Shown one piece after another: positions 1 through 18,604 of a stretch of DNA of 64,000 bases (the first letter of the stretch is position 1; every line of letters begins with the position of its first letter). Below the pieces are notes generated by a model, which was not told the DNA's origin, ran no database searches, and saw nothing but the letters and a program-made list of their open reading frames with translations. The position numbers and the translations under genes were made by a program. The stretch covers positions 2,477,836-2,541,835 of the forward strand of contig NW_002060949.1 of NCBI RefSeq assembly GCF_000150275.1, read 5' to 3'. Origin of the DNA: Trichoplax adhaerens. Taxonomy: Eukaryota; Animalia; Placozoa.

Positions 1-254
1 AACATCATACAAATCTCATTTCATCATGAAATAGAATAAATTTTGCATATTACCATTCTAGCCAAACAAAATTTAATTTTACAATTACTATGTCATACTG
101 CGTAATTATAGATTTGCATAAGAGTATGCTACTCCTTATAAAGAAAACTTTGATTTAGTGTAGAAGTCTATAACAGTTGCAGTTACATCTTTCCTAATTT
201 CCCGTTTAACATGAAGTCAATTCGATAAAAATAACTTAAGATTCAAGATAAAAT

Positions 255-6423
<6,169 letters not shown>

Positions 6424-6558
6424 TTCTTTCAAGGTGGTTGAATTTAGTATCTTTCACTTCACAGTATCAATTTCGAATTCACTTTTGCTGCCAGAACTAG
6501 ATTTCAACTTGTACCTAACAGGCCAAAGGCAAAAGTGGTTTTGCTTGACTACACTGGA

Positions 6559-7367
6559 GTATTTTACGGACTGTTTAGGTAGAGTACTGTACAGTACAGT
6601 GATAAGAGTTTAGAACTGGCTCACACCGTAGTGTTGGGCAACAACCGGCTAGAGGATTCGGCGATTTTGGGTGTAGAGTACTGTAGACTACAGTGTCTTT
6701 AAGCGCACCGTGAGCATGTGTAGTCGTGACATGTAGCGTCTGCGCTTGTGCGAGAATCTGTTTCCAACGTATTTTACGGATTGTGGAGGTAGAGTACAAC
6801 ACAGTGTACAGTGATAAGAGTTTAGTATGTACTGTACACTGTACACTGTTAGGCAACAACCGGCTAGAGGATTCGGTGATTTTGGGTGAACAGTACACAT
6901 TACTGTACTGTACTGTATGTACAGTACACTACTGTATTCGTGAAACGACATGCAGTATACTGTACGGTACTGTACTGTACAGTACATTGGAAAAATTCTT
7001 TCACTTTTCTCCTGCAGACCTATACGGTACGATATGAGCCAGTTCTCTTTAGAGTGCTATTGGGCAAAATTAATTGTAGCAAAGCTGCAAAATTTGCCTA
7101 CAATTCTATACATAGTTATTCAGCTTTATATTCGTATAATTTTATCACATTTCTATTCACTCTCGTGATTTTAGGGCACCTTAAAGTACTCTGATTCGAA
7201 CTGGTTCACACTGCAGTACACAGTACAGTCCGTACAGTACAATCACTACAGTATCACAATTGTACTGTACACTGTACAGTACACTACTGTGCCTTTTACG
7301 CGCACCGTGAGCATGTGTAGTCGCGACATGTAGCGTCTGCGCTTGTGCAAAAATCTGTTTCCAACGT
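6559..7367. repeat. Duplicated ~210-bp block in the CARM1/NKAPD1 divergent promoter. Copy 1 is 6559-6768; copy 2 is split into 6769-6888 and about 7300-7367 by ~400 bp of TACAG-rich sequence
   Basis: GTATTTTACGGA..GGTAGAGTAC..GTGATAAGAGTTTAG..GGCAACAACCGGCTAGAGGATTCGG recurs at a spacing of about 210 bp. GCGCACCGTGAGCATGTGTAGTCG..AATCTGTTTCCAACGT occurs at both 6703 and 7300. Confidence 0.9.
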
Positions 7368-7582
7368 AAGAGCGTGACTTCACATTCTATTGTAATGAAT
7401 TAAATTTACAGTTAATTCCATTTCAATAGGTAGCACAGGATCTTGGCGGCCTTCTATGGAAATTAATAAGAATTTAAATTTTGATTTTGCTTTTACCCTA
7501 CGGCCTACCAAAGTAGCTACCTTACTGTATTTATTTTTGAAGAGCTTGTCTCAATTAGACGTATTCTTGAGCTGCTAACAAT

Positions 7583-9105
7583 ATGGCCGATCAACCATCC
7601 AGTAGCAGCAGCAATATTTTGAAAGTCAGCGTGAATAAGTCACTGTTTAAGAATGTCATCAAGCATACTGAAGCTCATAACAAGGTTAGACGGATTGTGG
7701 ATTGCTCATATGCTATAGCTTCAGGATAAATCTATTCGAATTCATCCCTATCCCATTAATATGACAAAATTAAAATTCACTACAGTTGGTAGTAAGAACA
7801 ATTAAGCTCGCTGCTATGCCATGGCGTAAAATCTGATGTAGACCTAATGTACTCGTACAGCACAGTATTTACCTAGCGTGTCTGCAAAATTGAGCAATGC
7901 AGATAAGGGAGTACCTACTGGATTGTGGTAATGCTGTGACGATTCCTATTTTACTGTTTCTATGTACTATGCGATCCATTATCTTGCTAGCTTGCATTTT
8001 ACAATAAGTATCTTTCTTAACCTCTTGACGAAAGTAATTATTAATTAAGATTATGTTGCTGCAATAGTATGTGTCTTGTAAAGTAATGATACTGTCATGG
8101 AAAGAAAACAGTACGTATATGGAATAGACGAGTATGGACGTGTATCACAAAATTTTTACTGTAGTAACTGCTACCTACGCTCATGCTTACTAAAATTAAT
8201 TTACCTACATTGCATTGCTTTCTTGCAGGTCCAAGAAGTAAATGAAATGTGGCGGCAGCACAAGGTTAGCAGTAAAGTAAAATCGAAGGATAGCACTAAG
8301 CGGAAAAGGTAAGAATTCGATTTCAATTTGCAATCACAACACTAGATTGATAGTGCAACGCGGGTCTATTGTATATGTACATTTTATCTTACCCACTCTG
8401 TTAGAATAGGCAATACAATATTGTGTTTATACGAGTAGATGAATAACTCTTGCATAGCGACACTTAGAATTGAGTGTTTGCTCTAAAATAGGAGTAAATT
8501 ATACGAAACTTTTAACAGGGATTCAGAACGTCCAAAGAGGAGCAAAATAGCTAAGCCTGAAAGTACGTATTGGACAAAGCAGTTACTCAATGTTGAAGAA
8601 GCAGATCCTGACAGGTAAATCGTTCACTTTTTGTTGCGATAAAAAGACTATCGACGGTACCGTATTAATCAAACATACATAGACTGTTTTATCTGTCCAA
8701 TTGACTGTAACGAAGTTGCACAATCACAAGTCATTAGATTTGTAACATATTTTAGTTCATTAATTCATCAGGTGGGGTCATGCCGGATATAAGGAGTTAT
8801 ATCCTGAAGAATTTACTCCTTCTCCGATATCGCTTACATCCAGCAGTAGTATAGACAGCAGTGTTGACAACAGAAAGAGAAAGAAAACAAGTAACGGGAA
8901 AAAAAAGTATAGCAACCATATATATATATATATGTATATACTACATATATAAGTTTTATTCTTGCACAGGTAATGCCTGTCGTAAGATAGATACGCCTAT
9001 ACTAACTGCATTTGGGCCGTATTTGACTATAGAAAGTCCAAGAAAAAAAAGAAGAAAGAGTCTAAAAAAAGAAAAAAAAGAAACTATGATAGCCAGGAAA
9101 GATGA
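7583..9105 (+). CDS. NKAPD1: NKAP domain-containing protein 1 (C11orf57-like). Exons 7583-7684, 8229-8308, 8519-8614, 8772-8906, 9033-9105; an alternative donor at 8891 would end the CDS at 9127
   Basis: The spliced translation has LFKNVIKHTEAHNKVQEVNEMW and ADPDRWGHAGYKELYPEEF, matching the two conserved NKAPD1 blocks, followed by a Lys-rich tail. Confidence 0.88.
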
Positions 9106-10256
9106 CATCAACATCAATCAGAAATAACAATATGCGTAGAAGACAGTGAATAATGTGAAATCAGCCTTAAATCCTGGCTATTACTGCAATGTATATATAT
9201 ATATATATGTGTATGTGTACTGTACATATGTATTACATGTTAATTAACATTGATTTGTAGTTTTGCTACTGTATCAAATCAAAGCAATTATGTATAATTA
9301 ATGAATGAAATACTGTACGCGCAGTATATGTATGTTCATCGTACTGTGGTATTACAAGGATTTTACTGTTATACAGTAAAAGGTATACCACATTTTAGGT
9401 ATGATAATTGTTATTGTGACTATTATGTGAATATGACAATAGCAAACTATACCTCAAACCGAAAATTGCAAAATAGTTATATAATTATTGAAACTGTAAG
9501 TCAAGATTCAACTTTTTTTATATGTAATATATTCTCGTATTACGAAGCACTAACATATTATCTACGGTAATAATCTACATCTTATTTAGTTAGTACTAAA
9601 TACAGTGTAAGTCTTAGAGATGATATGGCCATCGTTATCTTAAATAAATATTACTCGTATATTGATAGAATAGACGTAGATAGCCTTTTACCTTTAATGC
9701 TGGATGTTGGCACAAACTAAGCGGCCATCAAAAAGAAGCTGTAATTGGATTGACGAGATGTACTGTGTCTATGCAACTATTTTACGGTCCAAAGAATGCA
9801 GTATACGGGTGTAATAAATAGAGTTATTTATTATTGGAATGTGCTAATATAAAAGTTTCTTAATTATATTTATGGATCATGATTATGAGTTAGTGAATGG
9901 GTGGAAAATGTCAATGCAGAGAGCAGAAAAAGACCCTAACTAAAAATTCCTACACCTGATCGAACTGAAATATTACTTATTTACGGTGCATATACGTATA
10001 ATGTAACCATTTTGCATCAATTACTTTGTACACTATCAGTAGGGCAGCTTAATTAAACGAAGTATCCAAATTAATTTATGCCAAATGGCTAGGGCTAATA
10101 TACACTGTACATTGTACAGTATAGCAGCGGAAGGTCATGATGTAGTACGAGTACAGTATATACGAACGAAAGTGTGCAAAAATAAACTGTCGCGTCCTTT
10201 ACCTTCTCCTCTTCAGTAGCGCATAGAAAGGTAGGAGCAAAGCGATGAAAATGACT

Positions 10257-10858
10257 ACAGTTTATTTTACATCCATACTGGTTAGTTTTATAAAGGTGCA
10301 GTGCTAAATTACCTGCTACTAGGTAACTAGACTGTACACTAAGTACTTTATTATTCTTTTAACCCTTTATATCCATATTCCAGTGGTTTATGAGTATACT
10401 GTCATTAACAGATACAGGATGGTACAATGAATAGTAAGTACAAAAAACCCAGAAAAAGGACGACAGTTTATTGTACATCCATAACTGGTTAATTTTATAA
10501 AGGTGCAGTGCTAAATTACCTGCTACTAGGTAACTAGACTGTACACTAAGTACTTTATTATTCTTTTAACCCTTTATATCCATATTCCAGTGGTTTATGA
10601 GTATACTGTCATTAACAGGTACAGGATGGTACAATGAATAGTAAGTACAAAAAACCCAGAAAAAGGACGACAGTTTATTGTACATCCATAACTGGTTAAT
10701 TTTATAAAGGTGCAGTGCTAAATTACCTGCTACTAGGTAACTAGACTGTACACTAAGTACTTTATTATTCTTTTTTTAACCCTTTATATCCATATTACAG
10801 TAGTTTATGAGTATGCTGTCATTAACAGGTACAGGATGGTACAATGAATAGTAAGTAC
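10257..10858. repeat. Tandem repeat, 207-bp unit, about 2.9 near-identical copies
   Basis: TAAAGGTGCAGTGCTAAATTACCTGCTACTAGG starts at 10291, 10498 and 10705. The units differ by only a few substitutions and indels. Confidence 0.97.
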
Positions 10859-11072
10859 TGTTCTATTCTCCATAACGTAGTATAATTAATTCAATTTTGA
10901 TACATCGTCACTACATACTGTATCATCAACATCAGTATAAATTAATTAATAAATAAAAAAATGTTAATTACGGTTTCATACACTACTATCCTGTCTTGTA
11001 TACTGTATTGCAATATCTAGGCAACACAATGAGAACATTATGTGTTGGTAATATATCAATTAACTTAAATAG

Positions 11073-14000
11073 ATGCATTTATGCATATCATCATTGTCGT
11101 CATCAACTACTAGTTTACTGATGCCATCGCCGACTCTAGACTATTTAACATTAATAATATTTTCCTTGATAACAGCTTTTACACTATCGATTTTATGCTC
11201 AGTTTTGAATCGAAAAAAGAAGATGTATAACCTAACGAATATGAAAGGTCGTGTTACCATCTACTCTACCACTGGTTGCCCACATTGCAAGCATGCTAAA
11301 AGTGCCCTTAACGAGTTGGGAATTCCCTTTGTAGATGTTAACTTAGATAACTATCCGCAAGCAAGGAAAGAAATGGAAGAGAAAACCAATCGACGTACTG
11401 TACCTCAAATCTTTTTTAATAATATCCACGTCGGTGGTAACGATGAATTTTCTAAATTGGTGAGCAATCATTTAGCTAGATGCCCCTTACAGCCCTAGTA
11501 CAGTAGTAGGCGTAATATTGAGGCGATTTTCACATGCCTTTGCGCTTGTAAATGGTTCTCTTTTTAGACGATAGTCGTACAGCTTACGATTTGTACCACC
11601 ATGATTGAGCAAATTTATACCACATCACTATGATTTAGAAAATTGAAAATTTACTTTTTCTGAATAGTTAAATGCAATCGTTGTTGGAATTGTTTAAAAA
11701 AACTACTGTACCAGAGCCCTGCCATTGCTATATTTTCTTTGCCCTGACCTACCCTTGCCGAAGTGAACTGTACTGAATAAGAATCATTTAAAGTATCTAG
11801 TTACTGCTTACTCAGAGTAAAGTACAGCACAGTAGTTCTGGCCAACTTATGGCAGTAATCGCTATTTCTTTAGTGATACCATACTGTTGATAAATCTATA
11901 AAATCATACTGTATACTGTACTCGTAAAACAGACGTAAGCCAAAACTAAAATATATCAATGATTAATTACAAGTATCAGTACCCAGTAAATAGTAATTGG
12001 ATTGTTGATCATTCCTCAAAGACGTGTTGATGAAAACTACATTTTTAAATTGGTTCTATCGGTAGTCACTGCTCTTATTTGGTGTGCGTACATTTTTTTA
12101 CTGGCTCCAGCATGTCTTCAGATACGGTACAGTAAAAAAAGAGACTTCTAGGGTAAAATTCGGGACTGGAAGTAGCTCTTCAGTGCAATAAATGCAGTTG
12201 CGTATTCTTCCCAATATACACGTACAGTATATAAGTATATGATTATAAAACATGGATAGTGGTTTCGTTAGCAGAAATAGGCCAAATAGCTGCCTTGTAT
12301 CATAAGATGGCAATTTTAAAATATACGTTATTGTATTATACTATGCAGTATCTAACTGGCATACAGCAGGTAGCAATTTGCATAAAGAAAACAAATTTAT
12401 TTCAAAATGGTGGATTTCTCAATGCTTAATCGGTAATCGATGAGTCAGGCCAGCTATTTCGTCAATCATCTCTTGAAAGAATTTTAAGACTAGTAGTCCC
12501 TGATCTTGCAGTCCACATTTAGTTTAGTCTTACCGATCTTACGTATTCTACGATGTGGTATCGGAATGACAATCATCGTATTTCTTGACCTACGTATCAT
12601 TTTTTAATCAATAATATCTCAATCTGCAGTACTGTACACTACACCTCTTGCACTTGAAACTTGGATGCGAAGTTCCTTGGTATCAATTATTTATTTCATT
12701 TCTTGATAATCTGCCAATACTTAAAGATAATCTTGCTCGCATTAGTCAATACTGTCAACAGCATCTCATTAATTTTTCGAGGGTACTTATGGATGATAGT
12801 AAGAGTCTACTCGTATTAAATTGTATTATGTTCTAACTATGAGAAATCTATTTGATCTCTCTGCTTACACCCGGTAGATTACTAAAATACAGTACGTATA
12901 GTCAATTTGATTTTGATTAATTAATTCATGTACAGGAGAAAGACCGATTGCAAGAATTAGTGAATGAGGTAACAAATAATGAACCTCCCGCAGATGCTCC
13001 CCAAATACCGGATCCCTCGACTGCCGTACAAAGTAAGTTAACCTTAATGAGGAATTTCAGTTATTACAGCGTATAGTAAGTCTATTCTAGCTCTTAGGAG
13101 AAACAAATACGAGTATGCAGTTGACCTCAATTTTTTAAAGTATCATGATTTAGTTGCTGATTTTGCAAAATTTCTGCTCATGATGCTGCATGGATTTGTC
13201 GCTTGTGTAGTATCAAATGGCACTAAAACTGGTGGCTAATATTTACCCATATATCCTACAGTACTGTACATTGTATAATAAAGTACAGTATATGTTATAA
13301 CCATATTCCCGTATATTACATTAATCAAGAAGTTTTCATCCATTTTGGTTAATGAACATGAAAAATAATTGTATTGAAAATGGCTCATTAATAAATAAGT
13401 GAACCATGCATGACCGAATTCACTCTGCCTGTACTGTACTAAGTTAAAAGCGAGTGAGATATTCATGGCGATAATATTGCACTACTGCATATTACAAACA
13501 CTATAGGTGATGTACGGTTTTGTACACATAATCTGTCTGTAGAAGGTTGTACGCTCGAAAATAAAATACGCATTTACATAAGTAAAATCCAAAGAATATT
13601 CTCGTAACGGCGGAGGTAAAGACTAATATCGCTGACCTTGGCATGGATACTTTTAATTATAGGTGATGTCAGCAGTGACATAAAGTGTGAACCTGATGAA
13701 TATGCTGTTTTAGCGAAAGCCCTCCGCGAGAGTGGTCTTGTCTCAAATCACAGGAAAAATTTAAAGTGGCATAAAAAAACTATCATAGGTAGTGAGGCGA
13801 CGGAATGGCTAGCCAAACATAAGAATATAGGTAGTGTAAATACATCTTTACTATTATGATAAATTTCTGGCAATGACCCGCTGTCCCTATGTCATGGTTA
13901 GATTTCAGAAATCATGATAATATACAAAACTTATATGCTTAAAGTTAAACATTTTATTACCTACTAGATATTGATGAAGCCTTAAAGCTTGGACAAGAGT

Positions 14001-15470
14001 TAATTGATCGTTACTTCCTCCATCCCATTCACGGAGATAGAAAATTTGAAAATGGTAGTTCTTATTATAGATTCTTGGAAGATGATGACGATAAAGCTTT
14101 AAATATGGAATTTACTTCCGAGTGCGAGCCAAGATCAGGTTAGTTGCTTGTGATAATTCAATAAATTCGTTACTACACAAAAATTGATGACCATGTACTT
14201 TAATATGTATAGCTTCCGAAGTAGGAGAAGATTTAAGACGTCTAATTTTGAAAACATATAGCAAATATTTATCGAATGATGGCAAGGTAATACTATACTC
14301 AACACTGCTGATAGTACACTTGTACGTACATCCCGCAATATCCCGTCTAGAATTTACATACGGAATGCAATAATATACATTACTGAACTAAGACTATTAT
14401 ATTCTTTAGAAAATTGACTACAAAGGCATTGCAGAAAGCCAAGAATTTCAAGAATATAGACGAGCTGCTGCAGAATTGCAACGTGTTAACGTTGCAACTT
14501 TAAGTAAAGAAGAAAAGCTAGCATTCTTTATTAATATTTACAATGCTCTAATCGTACATGCTAATATTACCGTTGGCCCACCAGTAACAGTATGGCAACG
14601 TTATCGCGTACGTCTTCATTAACCTTTAATGACTTATGCAACCTGCTGCTTAATTGCCGTTAAATTTAAATATACTGTATTTCAGTACTTCAATACGGTC
14701 AGCTACAAGATTGGCGGTTATAATTACACGCTGAATGAAATCGAAAATGGCCTGCTGCGGGGTAACCGAAAAGCGGTGGGATCCTTTAGGAAACCATTCT
14801 CTAAAGATGATCCTCGTCTTCCAATAGCACTTACGGAGCTAGACTCGCGAGTACACTTTGCTCTCGTTTGCGGAGCCCGTAGTTGTCCCCCTGTCAAAAC
14901 TTATTCATCTAAGGTCATTACTATTAATGTAGCATAATTATGCTGCGTATTGACTTATGTATTGAATAGATCTTCTATCAAGAGGAGGTTCACAACTTGT
15001 ATGTGACGAAGTTTGGTTTTTAATATAACTCATACTAGTTTGGATCTATTGTGTTTAGGAGATTTATGAGCAGCTTCAATCCGCCGGTGAAGCATTTCTC
15101 GAAGGCGATGAAGCTTTACAAATTGGCGAAAAGGAAGTAAGTACAAGAGAAATTAAGTGTCTATTTGTAGTTAGCGCATTATTTCACCAATGGGTCATTA
15201 ATGGGGAAAAGTCAAACGTAGTAGTAGGTTATTTACCTGTCTGATGTTAACGACCAAAATGGGCTTTCTATTCTATTTTAGGTCAAAGTTAGTGAAATAT
15301 TCAAGTGGTATCGGGTTGATTTTGGTACTACAGATGAGCAGGTAATCCAACGGATATTTGAACATACGGGACCTGGTAGCAAACGCAACAAGTTACAGAC
15401 TCTACTTGAGAACAAATCTAGCGTAAAGCTTTCGTATCTCCCATACAATTGGGATCTAAATTCAAATTAA
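11073..15470 (+). CDS. Glutaredoxin-DEP-DUF547 multidomain protein. Exons 11073(or 11121/11223/11241)-11459, 12936-13032, 13663-13830, 13968-14138, 14213-14286, 14410-14607, 14686-14913, 15059-15136, 15282-15470
   Basis: Grx domain: CPHC active site, TVPQIF and GG motifs. DEP-like segment: GSEATEWL..EALKLGQEL..F....YYRF. DUF547: EKLAFFINIYNAL, TLNEIENGLLRGN, DSRVHFALVCGARSCPP, SEIFKWYRVDFG, YNWDLN. All junctions are in phase; the start codon is uncertain. Confidence 0.92.
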
Positions 15471-17024
15471 CTCTAATGCTTACCGCCCTTTTAATCAGGT
15501 TTATTTCATTAAATGTTTTTTGTACCTATACGACTTGATGTAATAATTTCAGAATGTAACCTAAAGGGAATCTCCGTATGTAAATTATTTTGACATACCG
15601 TGACTGATATCGAGTATCTACCTATATTCATGGAAGTAATTTAAGAGGATAGGCTTGCTTAACGGCTTGTGGATTCTATAGACATACAGTATCTGGAGTT
15701 GCGATAACTATACGAGTAGTATAGGTATAAATATTTTCGCTATAAATAAACGATAAATACGGTATATACAATTAATAAGCCTTGTTAGCGAAAATGACGT
15801 AATAATGTAGCTATTATTCTCCAAATTTGCATGTGCTATGAGTATTGACGGATTTTAGTATATTTATAGCATAAATTGGAGCAGTGTAGTCTGATAGAAT
15901 AGCGATAAAGCCCCTGTCTACGTTGGAGCGTGGCATCTAAAGCAGGACTACTAAATCTTAAATTTTCAGGATGAAATAGAATACTCCAGATTAATTTTTT
16001 ATAAGCTGTGCAGTAGTAAACCATCATCTGTATCAGTATAAATAGTATGGGTTGTGTAACTTAAATGCTTTTATTTGCTATGTCGTATCTTATAACATTG
16101 TTTTAATAAATGAACTATAGCTTAAGAATGGTGCTGAAATGCTATGGAGGTGTATACCGTAATTCGTATCTATCTTTACCGTTGGTGATTCAACTTTAGC
16201 AGAAGCCCTTGCACTTTTATTAGCAGCTAACAAAAGTTTTGGAATCTTAGTAATTCTTTAAATAAGGATCTAAAAAATTTTATTAATCCGTGATATATAC
16301 ATGGTAGATTATTCATATTAAGAATGGACTATCGCAGCCGTCAGCATTTAGTCAAGGGGAGTAAAGTTTTATGGCTTAGCATCTAGGTTTAGCCGTGGCT
16401 TAACGTGCCTTTCATAGAGTGACTGAGGTTTTAGCCATTAAAATGACTCTCCAAGACATCGAGGCTAAGTGTCTACAGAATACGTACTAGTTTTTGCTAT
16501 TTTCAATGCTTTTTAACGAGTCATTTAAGAGCTGGAAGCTAAAACGTTATCCATTTGAATGTTAAATATTTCTTATTTATTAATTAATAAGCAAGATGAT
16601 TGCAGTCATACAGTGAAATAACATAAAAAATTTTATGTACAGCATCATAATTAAAATGTTTACGTTAATACTCTGTATTTACTGTATGTACATTGTGAAA
16701 CAGCCATGATACGTATATAAACGCAGGTATGGTTGTCATAAGCGCATAAGGCATAACCGTCAAAATTAGATTTCTTCCTGGGTATATATTGTAAGAGTGG
16801 GGAGTTGAGGCATAGAGTTCATGCGTGAGTAAGTTTATATGTGTATGTTCCATTGAAATCTTTGATAAATATAGGTCCAATCTCTATAGATATATCGCTT
16901 AACTATTAGTAAGAAATTGTCATATGCCAATACGGTCTTTGCGAGCATAGCAACAGTGTATCATCAATGGCTATCTTCAGGGGTTTTCGCGTAGGACAGT
17001 TAAGATTGCACAATCGTATAAATT

Positions 17025-17429
17025 TTAGGTTATATCAGCGTCACGATTTCTCTTTCTTTCTTTCAATTTGGCAAGCTCCTGTTCTAGGGCATCTATTATC
17101 TGCTTCTAAAATATTCAAAATCGATTGCTGTGAAATTCAAAATATGACTTATCCATATTTTCGGTATTTCAAGTGTGTACGAGTAATGATGTTAGGTAAA
17201 CAGTTAAAATAAATCGGTGCAGGAATGATACGTCCGTATACTCGTATCATGTTCAACGATTACCGATGTTATGAAATTAATGGAGCTGTCATTTCATTCA
17301 TAGTTCAAATACCTTTTCTTTAGTTTCGATGCGATACTGGAAGTAATAGCCCACAGCACCACCCAAAAATCCACCGATGCAAATTGCGAAGAAATTACCA
17401 GTTTTAGTGCCTGATGCTACGAGTTTCAT
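17025..17429 (-). CDS. Putative 65-aa single-pass membrane microprotein. Coding exons 17313-17429 and 17025-17105: MKLVASGTKTGNFFAICIGGFLGGAVGYYFQYRIETKEKKQIIDALEQELAKLKERKRNRDADIT
   Basis: GCC-ATG start, AAG|GTATTT donor and TTTTAG acceptor in phase 0. A Gly-rich hydrophobic helix is followed by a coiled-coil-like charged tail. An upstream non-coding exon has a GTAAGT donor at 17580 and an acceptor at 17466. Missed by the ORF track because it is split. Confidence 0.72.
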
Positions 17430-17938
17430 GGCAATCAGGTGGTATTCAACAAGACTTTGTAAAAGCTGAAGGCAAGTGTACTATTGAGTTAATTTCCAAT
17501 TCGCAACAACTAATACACCAAGTGTACTTATCACTCTCAGTGAGTCGATATTCTAGTAGATGCATCGATATTGTACTTACCGTATTTAATGGAGACGTCA
17601 AAATTGGGAATCTATTATAGTGTAGCTAGAGATCCATTGCTGGAGATCTTGTCAGCCATAGAAAGTGCAGAGACGCCTTGGATCAATGAATAATATGGCG
17701 CTTTCTTTCCCATGTACAGTAGTGTACAGTCAGTTAGTACTGCATATACTGTACACTTGTACAGTAGGGCAGTCACTGCAGGCATTCGGTACTGTAAGCG
17801 TGTACTGTATGAAGTCAGCACTAAGCCCCGGCTGACATCATGGCCCATGGACATGAGATCGTTTGGGAGTACTGTACACTGTACACTGTGCACTGTACAC
17901 TGTACACTGTACAATACACCCTTTACAGTACGTATAAT

Positions 17939-18604
17939 AAACCCCATTGTCACCCCCTGAGTACAGTAGAGTAGGTAGAGTAGAGTAGAGTAGAGTACAG
18001 TACAAACCAAACTCACTACAGTACTTTACACTGTACAGTGTACAGTACAGTACAAGCTTTCGGGGGGTGACAAAATTGGGTTTGTACAGTACAAACCCAA
18101 TTGTCACCCCCTGAGTAGAGTAGAGTACAGCAGAGTACTGTAGAGTACTGTACATGTACAGTACAGTACTGTAGAAGAGTAGAGTAGAGTAGAATAGAGT
18201 ACAGAAGAGTACAGTACAGTACTGTACAGTACAGTACTGTAGAGTAACAGTACAGTACTGTAGAGTACAGTACAAACCAAACTCGCTACAGTACATACTT
18301 TCAGGGGGTGATTTTCGGATCGGATTTCGGATTTTATGTAGCACTTTCAATCGGATTAAATGTTTAGTCGTAGTGGGGTTACAATACACTACCCCTGAGT
18401 AGAGTACAGTACAGTACAGTAGAGTACAGTACAGTACAAACCAAACTCGCTACAGTACATACTTTCAGGGGGTGACAATTGGGTTTGTACAGTATAAACC
18501 CAATTGTCACCCCCTGAGAAGAGTAGAGTAGAGTAGAGTACAGTACAGTACAGTACAAACCAAACTCGCTACAGTACATACTTTCAGGGGTGACAATTGG
18601 GTTT
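17939..18604. mobile_element. Tandem array of four short inverted-repeat (MITE-like) units with internal (AGTAC/AGTAG)n microsatellite
   Basis: Left arm AAACCCAATTGTCACCCCCTGA at 17939 (variant), 18093, 18496 and partially at 18391. Its reverse complement TCAGGGGG(G)TGACAATTGGGTTT ends at 18083, 18486, 18604 and partially at 18311. The internal motif TACAAACCAAACTC(G/A)CTACAGTAC is present in all four units. Mobility is inferred, not shown. Confidence 0.6.

Noticed and set aside
6575-7194. Overlapping 70-110-aa ORFs rich in C/T/V/Y/S on both strands
   Set aside because: These are translations of TACAG/CTGTA repeats, which are poor in stop codons; no protein motif.
8919-9230. (TA)n runs here and near 30510, 41970 and 50595
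   Set aside because: Ordinary short dinucleotide microsatellites.
16665-16883. 71-aa minus-strand ORF with a hydrophobic end, as a possible extra exon of the microprotein
   Set aside because: The microprotein frame already stops at 17025, and the only nearby donor (C|GTGACG) would enter this exon in a different frame; probably 3'UTR.
17939-18604. CRISPR-like reading of the repeat-spacer pattern
   Set aside because: Eukaryotic context, repeats alternate in orientation, the spacers are microsatellite plus a shared core rather than unique sequence, and there are no cas genes.
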